Origin: Dictyostelium discoideum
Taxonomy: Eukaryota
NCBI GenBank assembly: GCA_000004695.1
Contig: CM000151.3
Location: 2,144,001-2,208,000 of the forward strand
Direction: 5' to 3'
Length of the DNA: 64,000 bases
Part shown: positions 44,197 to 64,000 of the stretch, piece after piece
Layout of the letters: every line of letters starts with the position of its first letter
How positions within the stretch are numbered: position 1 is the stretch's first letter
Notes under the pieces: model-generated
What the model saw: only the letters and a program-made list of their open reading frames with translations
Databases searched by the model: none
What the model was told of the DNA's origin: nothing
Translations under genes and position numbers: made by a program

Positions 44197-44403
44197 ATGT
44201 ATTTTACCGAATACAAAATTAATGGTAAGCTTTGGGACAAAAATGAATTTCAAATAAAATCAGGTAAAATTGAATTCAACGGAAAAGAATTTGATATTCC
44301 TGAATCCCAGGGTACTTGGATTAAAGATGATGAAGAAAACGTAATCTCTATTAGAATATTTCCAAGTCGACAAGCTAATAGACCTTTTTCCTTTGGTTTT
44401 TAG
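44197..44403 (+). CDS. Hypothetical small protein ORF (68 aa in-frame). A possible upstream exon at 43983 ([21 protein letters not shown], donor gtaaat) could not be joined in frame
   Basis: The composition is balanced and non-repetitive ([49 protein letters not shown]), unlike the flanking junk ORFs. No consistent splice solution was found. Confidence 0.25.
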   Translation: MYFTEYKINGKLWDKNEFQIKSGKIEFNGKEFDIPESQGTWIKDDEENVISIRIFPSRQANRPFSFGF

Positions 44404-44534
44404 ATCTTAAAAATAGATCTGAAAAATACACAAAGAAAATAAAATTTTGAATAAATTTTATTTTTCAACATAAATTATTTCTTGTTTATAAACAATAAAA
44501 TTTAATTATTTTTTAATAAATAGATAGATAGAAT

Positions 44535-44568
<34 letters not shown>

Positions 44569-45394
44569 TATTACACGTGTATTATTATTATTATTATTAT
44601 TTTTTTAATATTTTTAAAATTTTTATTATTATTGTTACAAACATATCTAATTGATTAATTTTTTTTTTTTTTTTTTAATAGCCTAATTGGGATTTGTTCT
44701 ATTTTATATTTGTATTATAAATAATAAATGATTTGTATTGAGAATAGATCCCAATCCATTTTATTCTGCCTTTTTAATTTTTTTAATTTTCATTTAATTT
44801 TCATTTGCGGAATGCCTCTCAAAAATAAAAATAAAAAAGAAAAAAAATAATTATTAAATTTATTATTATTATTTTTTAATTTGATGTTATAGAAATATTT
44901 AATTTTTTTGTTTTTTTTTTGAAAAGCCACTAATTTATTCATTATCTAACATTGTATACCATTGAGGATTTTCCATTAACGAAAATTCAATGGGAAAATC
45001 ATATGAATTACTATATTGAAAGGTTAAATCTATTGATTCTAAATTTATTAAATGAAAGAATATTTGAAAATGATGATTCATTAAAGTTATTGTGTGTTGA
45101 AAGAAATAAAAATAAAAATAAAATAAAATTAAAAAATAAAATAAAACTTACAGTTCAAAAACATTTGCAAAATTTGAAATTTTTAAATTAAGTATATGAT
45201 GATCGAGTAAATAACACTCAAAAGAATAATAATTGGAAAAGGTTGATCAAAAGCCAATGATGAAAAAGTATATATGGCTAAATAAGTAATAGTTGGAATT
45301 GGTTTGTAAATAAAATTTATATCGTCAATATAAACTCTTTGAAGTTTTGAAAAACCATTAAATGGTTTCCAATTAATGCTATTGATGCTGTCAA

Positions 45395-45510
45395 GAAGGA
45401 AGGTTCCTATTTTTTTAAAAAAAAAAAAAAAAAATTTAATGCTGTTGAAGAACTTGTTATTTCTCTGTGCAAGGTCAAGAAGGAAGGTTCCTATTTTTTT
45501 AAAAAAAAAA
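45395..45510. repeat. Local about 75-bp direct duplication (gtcaagaaggaaggttcctatttttttaaaaaaaaaaaaa x2)
   Basis: The repeat is seen at 45395-45432 and 45470-45508. It lies inside a possible small minus-strand membrane-protein gene (45190-45640), where it duplicates an exon start. Confidence 0.5.
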
Positions 45511-46389
45511 AAAAATTTGTAAAAAAAAAAAAAAAAGGAACTTCGAAGGAAAAAAAAAAAAACTTACTTTCACTTATAATTAAATCTACGCATTGTATAT
45601 AACCAATAATTGAAATCAAAAGGAAAATAATTAATGTGTAAATTGATTACATTGTTAATTATTTGAAAAAAAAAAAAAAAAAAAAAAAAATATTTTTAGA
45701 AAATTAATCAAAATAAAAAAAAAAAAAAAAAAAAAACCAATGAGAATTTATGGAAACAAAAAATCAATTGAACCCAAAAATATCTTGATTTTTTTTTTTT
45801 TTGAGAAAATATCCAATAAGAAAAAATGATGTATTATTATAGATATTTTTTTTTTCTTTTGGGAACCAAAAAAAAAATAAAAACAAAAATAAAATAAAAA
45901 ATAAAATAAAAAAAAAAATTAATTATTTTGTTACTTACCTTTCTGGTAACCAAAAGGTTTTGAATAATTCAGAACAATACATTCTTTTATTAAAAATATT
46001 ATTGGAATATTGTAATTAATTTTTTTTTTTTTTTTTTTTTTTTATAATTATAAAGACGAATTTGAAAGTGAATTTGAATTTGAATTACATTTTGGTATTA
46101 AAAATATTAAAAAAAAACCCTTTGTTTCGCTCGATAATTATTTTAATTTTTTATTTTTTTTTATTTTTATTTTTTTTTTATTTTTATTTTTTTTATTTTT
46201 TTTTAATTATTTTTTTTTTTTTTAAAATTTATTATATTAAAAAAAAAAAAACCATTGACACCACCACTAAAAGAGTGAATTAATAAAATATATTGATGTC
46301 AATAATAATAACGAATTTAAAAATATCTTTTTTATACTATTACTATTTATAGTATAAAGCAATAAAATATAATCACATATTAAGCAATA

Positions 46390-46429
<40 letters not shown>

Positions 46430-46438
46430 AAAGTCAAT

Positions 46439-49253
<2,815 letters not shown>

Positions 49254-49771
49254 TTAATTAATTAAATAATAAAAAAAAAAAACAAAAATAAAAAAAAAAT
49301 AAAAAAAAACATTACCAAATTTGGTAATGTTTTTTTTTTTTAAAAATTTTCGATTTTGACGTTTCATAAAAAAAAAAAAAAAAAGCGAGCTTAAAAAAAA
49401 AAAAAAAAAAAAAAAAAATTAAAAAAAAAAAAAAAAAAAAAGTTTATTGAAATTTTTTTTTTTTTTTTTTTTTTTTTCAATTTTAATAGAACATATATAC
49501 ACATTTTATAAACAAATAATATAATATGATAACACAATAACTTTATATTTTTAAAAAAAAAAAAAAAAAAAATTTTATACACTGTGTTAAGTTGTGTGAA
49601 TAAAAAATAATTCAAAGGAAAAAATTAGAGACGATAGTCAAAAAACATACAAAATAGAAATAAAAAAAAAAAAAAAAAAAAAACACACACATTTATATAA
49701 AAACAGACGAAATTTATATTAATATTTTCACTCAATAATATTCAAATAAATAAAAATCAGTAAAGTGAGAA

Positions 49772-57313
<7,542 letters not shown>

Positions 57314-57562
57314 ATAAAGTTAAAAAATATTTCATCATTTTACAATTTTTTTTTTTTTTTTTTTTTTCCACCATCTTACAATTAAAAACTTGTGGCATTT
57401 GGAAATCTCAAACTGTTGGGTACATTAGAATCAAAAAAAAAGCCAAGCTTGATGTAGCATGATTATCAAATTCATCCCAATAAAATAATAATAAAATAAA
57501 AAAATAAAAAAATAAAAAAATAAAATGAAAATATAAAATAAAAATATAAAATAAAAAAATAA

Positions 57563-57805
57563 AAATGCATTGTAAAAATTTAGTTTTTTTTTTTTTTTTG
57601 AGCGTCTCCAAACAATTAAACGATAATAAATTTATCAATTCCTTGATTGTTAGAACTAAATTTTTATAATGCATTGGTATTTTTTTTGAATTTTTAATTT
57701 ATTTTATTTTTTTATTTTTTTATTTTATTTTTTTATTTTTTTATTTTATTTTTTTATTTTTTTTTATTTTATTTGTAAAAAAAAACTAAATTTTTATAAT
57801 GCATT
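57563..57805. repeat. Short inverted repeat plus direct repeat element in the 3' intergenic region of the GCN2-like gene
   Basis: gcattgtaaaaatttag (57566-57582) is the reverse complement (16/17) of ctaaatttttataatgc (57655-57671). ctaaatttttataatgcatt recurs as a direct repeat at 57786-57805. cgttatttcttttaaatttaa recurs at 57828 and 57905. The flanking arms are A-rich on the left and T-rich on the right. Confidence 0.4.
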
Positions 57806-57968
57806 TTATAAATCAATAATTATTTCTTCGTTATTTCTTTTAAATTTAAGAGGAAAATTGGTCACCCTAATAAAAGATAAAAAAAAGAAAAAAAAAAAAG
57901 AAATCGTTATTTCTTTTAAATTTAAAAGGTCGGTAGCGAATAAAATTTCGTTTTTTTAGGTTTTTTAG

Positions 57969-58011
<43 letters not shown>

Positions 58012-58088
58012 GTTGCCACGTTTGGATGTTTCTGAAAAAAAAAAAAAAATTTATTTTAATTTTTCTATTTGAAGCAAAGTACGTGATC

Positions 58089-58240
58089 ATGAAAAGCTTT
58101 CATTTAATTTTTTCATATTTTTTTATTTCATTTATAATTATAAATAAAGTATACAGTATGTTTTAGTTTAGAAAAAATAATAAATAAATAAATAAATTCT
58201 ATTCTATCCATTATTTCTTTTTGATTTGTGGAAAAACTTA

Positions 58241-58280
<40 letters not shown>

Positions 58281-58675
58281 TATTCAAAGGTACAAATACA
58301 ATTACCCCCTTAATCTCATCAAAAATAATAAAAAATGAATATCCACATTTAATTAAAAATTGTACATATAGTTATTTATTAGAGATTCCAAGTGGATCGA
58401 TATCCAATATTACCAGTATAATATGCAATTATAATACTTTCCACACTCCTAGTTATCAAACAATTGGAAAAAATTTAAATGGGGATTATTCAATTTTATT
58501 TTCAGATATTAGCTTACCGATTGGTTCACAACAATTTAAAGTGATAATTATAGATTCAGAAGTAATTTCAAATGAAATTACTATACAATTAGAATCACCA
58601 TGTTCAGGTAATTTAATTTTTATTTATTAATATAATAAATAAGAAATATTATTAACTTTTATAATTTAATAAAAA

Positions 58676-58727
<52 letters not shown>

Positions 58728-61700
58728 TAGAATTACCATCATTAGTTTCACCAATTAATAAAAATCCAAGCGCAAATAAATGGATAATGACAAAATCAAG
58801 ATTATTAAATCAAATACCTACATTGGCTGTTTATTTATCAAATTTAAATGGGTTCATATATCCAACAAATAATAATAACCCACAAATAAATAGTTTATTG
58901 ATAACTTCGAATGGATTTATACAAATGGATAAAAACACATTTTTATTTAATTATTATTATTTATCGTTTTTAGGCAAAACAGATGATATAAAATGGTTAT
59001 ACTTTAATAATTCAATTATTTCTGACTCAATTATGTTTAAAAGCCCAGTTTCTGAAAGTATGTATATATATTTTTTTTTTTTTTTTTTTTTTCCAATTTT
59101 TATTATTTATTAATAATTATAAAAAAAAATATTTTAAAAAATTATTAGACTTTGGCAAATCAATGATAAGTGTATCTAGTTATCCTCAAGCGATAGATTG
59201 TAAAAATTTTAAAGTTTGTTATTTGGTTATAAATTCAACAATAGCTTTTGTGCCACTTTTGGGATTTATAGAGGATAGTACTGGAACAAGAGATGCAATG
59301 AATATCTATCCACTCTATGGAAGCCCAAATAATTCAAAACATATAGCCTATTTTAATTTTAATGATGATAATAAAAATGTTTATTCAGAATATTTTGTAA
59401 TGGGTTACTCTTCATATGAAAGTGTACAGAAATATAGAGCAAGTAGAAATATTACTAGTTTGGTTCCACCAGCGATTTCAAATGTTAAATCCATTCAAAT
59501 ATCCTATGCTCATTATGATCCATATTCATTAACCATTGCATATTTTGACAATGATAATCAAAGTCAAGTAACAAGTTTAGCTTTTGGTCCTTTCATTCAA
59601 TATGATAGAGTAACCTATCCGTTTGGCTTTTTAAAAGGAAATTCAAAAAACTATTCCTATGCCATTGGAATGGTTCTTCCAATATATTCTGATTTGCGAT
59701 CTTATTCTTTTATACCTCCCAGTGGAATAACCATTAAAATGGTGAGTTCAGTATATACTGGCGAAATATCAACACCAATTATATCATTGGTATCATTCAT
59801 TCCAAAGGTTGGTGATGGTTTAAAAACAATTTTAAGAATAACAGCGTCTGATAAAGTTTTTGGTTTATTTTATATGGAAACTCAACCATCAGGAATTAAA
59901 ATCATTGGAAGTGATTTGGTTGATGGTAATAAATTTAATGGTACCTATGAAAAATTAATTGATTTTTCAATTTATCCACCAATAACTTCAATTACAGCTT
60001 ATAATTTATATAACGCAGAATCAATTACTTTCACTATGAATAATCATCAATATCCAAGTAATATTCCATCAATTTCAGATATAACATTATTTAAATTTAA
60101 GAAACAAACGGTAGACCTTTCAACTGACAGTTTCATCAATACAATCTATATGAATTACTCAAATGCAAATATAAATTATAGACCAGGTTTTAAATTAATA
60201 ACAACATCAGAGATTGCAAGAGATTTTCAATGGTATCGTAATTATGATTACCTTGAATGGGATGAAACACTTCAACTTTTTAAATTAGACTTTTATATGC
60301 CACCAAGATTATTTACAGGTATTTTAGAGTATAGATTTAATTTTGCTTATGTAGATTTAGATCCAAATTCTTTATCAAATTTGTTAGTAGATAATTCAAT
60401 AAATGATAATAACGCAATACTTTCAGTTACTTGTGATTTTGCAGATGAAATGCCACCAATTGTAACAAAAATAAAATCTAGTGCTCAATCTTTTGATTTA
60501 TTATGGGATATTACATTTAGTGATGATATCAATGGTATTGAATCAATTAATGTTACAATTTCTAGTGAGTTTGATTTAGTTGGTGAAACCTTTACATTTT
60601 TCCCATCACTTGATGATAATAATAAATTGGTTACAGTAAGAATAAACAAAACAATTTATCCATATTCAAAGAGTCAAACTTATAGAATTTCAGAGATTGC
60701 AACACGTGATACAAGTGGACATTATGCCAATAGTACCTTTGAACCAAGCTTTCAAAATATTCTTAATCCATGGAGATTAACATATGATGATATTTCAAAT
60801 TTTGATTTTACCATTTCCAATGAATTAAATATTGAAGATAATGTACCAATTATTAATTCAGTTTTATTATCAACAAATTCTATTGATATTTCTACAGCAA
60901 ATAGAGAGTTAACTGTAACATTCAGTGTTTCAGATGATACAGGTTTTTCAAATAATAATCCAATAGTTTATTTTCAAACTAGAATGCTAGAAACTATTAG
61001 TGTAGTTGCAAATAAAACCAATTGTTCATCAGTTACTACTTGTAATTATCGAGTCGATCTACAATTTCCATTTTTATTTGGCTATCCAGAACCAATTTTA
61101 TGTTCAATCTATAGAATTGAAGATGTTTTTTTCAATTTTAATAGTTATAATTATCATAAAAATACATTAATTCATACAAGTAATAGTGTGTTAGAAACTA
61201 AACCAATTATTGAATCAACATCATCAATTACTCGAAATGGTGGTGATCTTATATTGAATGGTCATTGGTTTGGAATTGATGAAAATGCAATAACCATTAT
61301 GATAAGATATCTTGATTTACCAAATGAAAATATTACATCATCTTCATTTATTTATCAATTTGGTAGTGAAATTAAATTTAAAAAAATTAAAGCAAACAAT
61401 GGTGATTCAGTTTATATTAGATTAAAAGTTGGAAATCAACTTTCAAATGAATTTAAAGTTGTACCAATTCCATTAAACAATTGTCCAAATAATTGTAATC
61501 AAGATAAAGGGCAAGGTGTTTGTCAATCGGATGGTAGTTGTAAATGTTCAGATTCTAAATGGTTTGGTGTTGATTGTTCAAAACAATTTCATTACATTTC
61601 ATCGGTTTTACCATCAACAACCTCTGGTGGTGAAGCAAGTTTCATAGGTCTTTTTAGTGATTCACATGATAATATTTCAATTTCAATTGGTGGTTTAGAT

Positions 61701-62660
61701 TGTCCAATTTTATTAAATACTTCAAGTCTAATTAAATGTAATGCATCAGCAGGTATTGGTATTAAAAATGTAACATTGACACAAAATGGTTATACATTCA
61801 CTGCTCTTGATATTTATAAATATATTGAAATCAGCACATCTTTACAATGTCCAAATAAATGCTCAAATAATGGTATTTGTAATAGTACAACAGGTATTTG
61901 TAATTGTAAGATTGGTTTTGGTTTATATGATTGTAGTGCTTTAATTAATCTAGATAATGGTAATGGTGGAGGTACAAATACAACAATTGATACAGGTTCA
62001 AGTTCAACTAATTTCACAAATTCTGAAACCAATTTTCAAATTTCAATTAAATCATTAATAGAGGTTGATATTAATAATAATGTTATTAAATCATATTCAT
62101 TATTAAAAAATTGGTCATTTAATAAAACTGATAATGAATTTGAACCAAATAAATATATATTAAAACAAATTTTAAATAGTAATAATTCATCAGAATCAGA
62201 ATCAGAATCAAATGATAAAAGTTTTATAATTACTTCGATAATTGAAGAGATTAAAGATAAAAATGGTAAAGAATTTATTTTTGCAGGTTCAAGTTTTATA
62301 GTTCCAAGTGGTTCAATTAAATTTACAATTTCAATTTTAAATTATACATATCAAAGTAATTTAAATTCATTGAAATTGGAATTAATTTCATTGACTGATA
62401 ATAATAATAAAAGAACTGATTGTAATTCTAAATCTATTGAAATCGATACAAGTAATACGAATAATTTATCAACATTTAATTATATTAGAATCTCAAGGAA
62501 TAATAAAATTTTAGAAGGTAGATTTATAAATAAAGTTATGTCAGATGGTAGATCAACATTCTTAACTTCAACTACTAGAAATGATTCAAATTCAATTATA
62601 ACAACTTTAAATTTACCTCATTGTGTATCCGAATGTATAATTGATCCAGGTATGTTTATA

Positions 62661-62697
<37 letters not shown>

Positions 62698-62935
62698 GAT
62701 ATTAACTTTTTTTTTTTTTTTTTTTTTACATTTAGACTTTTCAATTTTAATTTCAAATGATTTTAAATCTAGTTGTGAAGATAATTCTCGAAAATGGTTT
62801 TTGCCAGTAGTAATTACTGTACCAATTTTAGGTTGTTTTTTATTGTTTGTTTTAGGTGCAATAATCTACAAGAAAAGTACAAGTGTAAAAGTTTTTGTTC
62901 ATGGTACTAAATTAAAGAAAATTAATGCTTTTTAA
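58089..62935 (+). CDS. Family copy 3 of the large membrane glycoprotein (signal peptide, beta-rich repeats, EGF-like modules, C-terminal TM), ~1.5 kaa; exons 58089..58155, 58290..58607, 58731..59057, 59149..62649, 62736..62935
   Basis: Exon 1 MKSFHLIFSYFFISFIIINKVY has donor gtatgt. Exon 2 (..NCTYSYLLEI..ESPCSG, donor gtaatt) and exon 3 (ELPSLVSPINKNPSANKWIMTKSRLL.., donor gtatgt) follow. The giant exon 4 has EGF-like Cys clusters (CPNNCNQDKGQGVCQSDGSCKC; CPNKCSNNGICNSTTGICNCKIGFGLYDC) and ends ..IIDPG with donor gtatgt at 62650. The final exon encodes NDFKSSCEDNSRKWFLPVVITVPILGCFLLFVLGAIIYKK (TM). Its exon architecture and C-terminal exon are homologous to copy 1. Confidence 0.65.
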
Positions 62936-63198
62936 TAATAAAAAAAAGAAAAAGAAATTCAAAAATAACATTAAAAAAAAAAAAATAAATGTTTTTCCCG
63001 TCACAGTATTTTTAAAAATTAAAACACTTTGTTGACCCCCTGATATGGTGTAATTTCGAAATATTGCAAATTTGGTTGGGTTTTACAATATCTTAAAAAT
63101 AAATGGTATTATGGAAATGAAAAAAAAAAAAAAATTAAGATATTTTTTTTTTGGAAAATAAAAAAAAAAATCAGATATTTACAAAAACAGAGTAAATA

Positions 63199-63231
<33 letters not shown>

Positions 63232-63278
63232 TGTTAAATTTTTTTTTTTTTTTTTTTTTTAACTAAAAGAAGATCAAA

Positions 63279-64000
63279 ATGAAAAATAATGTTTTATTAA
63301 TTATCTTAATATTTTCTCTTTTTTTATCAGTTAATTGTAATTTATTATTATTTATTTTTTTTTTTTTTTTTTTTTTTATTATTCAAAATATATTAACAAA
63401 AATAAATTAATTACAGCATTAGACACATTATTATTAGAATCAAAACAATTAATTTCAAAAACTTATTCAATTAATTCAAGTAATTGCACGTATGAATATC
63501 TATTTGTATTTGAAGCATTTGAATTTTCTTCACTATCAAGCTCTAATCAAGTTAGCTATTATGGAGGAGATTCAATTGTAAATAATCAAGTTTCAATAAG
63601 AGTTTCTAATATATCAATAAGGGTTGGTTCAATGGATATGTATATTTCAATTCAAACTAAATCAAATAAAACATTTAATTTATTTATTTTATTAGACGAA
63701 TCATGTTCTGGTAAGTTAAAAAAAAAAATAAAAAAAAAATAAAAAAATAAAAAAAATTATTTAAAAAACTAATAATAATTAATTATAATTAAAAAAAACA
63801 AAAGAATTACCAAATAATCTTCAACCAAAATATTATTTTAATAAGTGGATAAATATTAAATCAAGATTATTAAAAGATCCCCCAAAACTTACGATGTATT
63901 TTGAAAAATTAAATGGTATTGGTAACCCTTCAAATTTTTTAATAACTGGAAATTTAATTAAAAATACATCTACATTCTATCAGAGAGAGTTTGAAACAAA
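63279..64000 (+). CDS. Family copy 4 (5' part only; continues beyond window): exons 63279..63336, 63417..63710, 63805..>64000
   Basis: Signal peptide MKNNVLLIILIFSLFLSVN has donor gtaatt. Exon 2 ..NCTYEYLFVF..LLDESCSG (donor gtaagt) is homologous to copy 3 exon 2 (..NCTYSYLLEI..ESPCSG). Exon 3 ELPNNLQPKYYFNKWINIKSRLLKD.. is homologous to copy 3 exon 3. Confidence 0.55.

Noticed and set aside
44952-45191. ORF 44952..45191 (MYTIEDFPLTKIQWENHMNYYIERLNLL...).
   Set aside because: The first 45 residues look protein-like, but the ORF runs into an A-rich repeat. No consistent donor/acceptor pairing or homolog was recognised, so it was not called.

Overview
This window is eukaryotic, not prokaryotic. 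A+T is roughly 75-80%. It shows long homopolymer A/T intergenic tracts and (AAT)n/(CAA)n microsatellites that encode poly-Asn/poly-Gln runs inside ORFs. Introns are short (about 70-250 bp) with GTAAGT/GTATGT donors and (T)nAG acceptors. These traits match Dictyostelium discoideum-type nuclear DNA. There are no operons, rRNA or tRNA genes, CRISPR arrays or recognisable transposons.

I reconstructed about 20 protein-coding genes by joining the six-frame ORFs across introns. They include:
- a secreted 2H-phosphoesterase-like protein
- an NRF-domain acyltransferase-3 membrane protein
- an aprataxin homolog (FHA-HIT-ZnF)
- an F-box-like poly-N protein, plus a decayed tandem copy of it
- a WDR7/rabconnectin-3beta-like WD40 protein
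- uracil-DNA glycosylase
- APC8/Cdc23
- a two-domain AAA ATPase
- phosphomannomutase
- an MFS transporter
- an acyloxyacyl-hydrolase homolog (saposin + GDSL)
- L-serine dehydratase
- the RLP24 ribosome-biogenesis factor
- an acid-lipase-family lipase
- a GCN2-type eIF2alpha kinase (RWD + kinase + HisRS-like, ifkA-like)

The most unusual structure is a four-member paralog family of large signal-peptide, LRR/IPT/EGF-like, single-pass membrane glycoproteins. Two sit as a tandem pair on the minus strand (one intact, one truncated pseudogene). Two sit as a tandem pair on the plus strand (one intact, one running off the window end).

Other notable items are a truncated KS-AT-ACP polyketide-synthase pseudogene, a ~2.1 kb tandem segmental duplication carrying a relic aprataxin exon, a probable GC-AG intron in the phosphomannomutase gene, and several intergenic inverted and direct repeats.

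All splice sites and functions are inferred by eye from the sequence and from remembered family motifs. None is database-verified.
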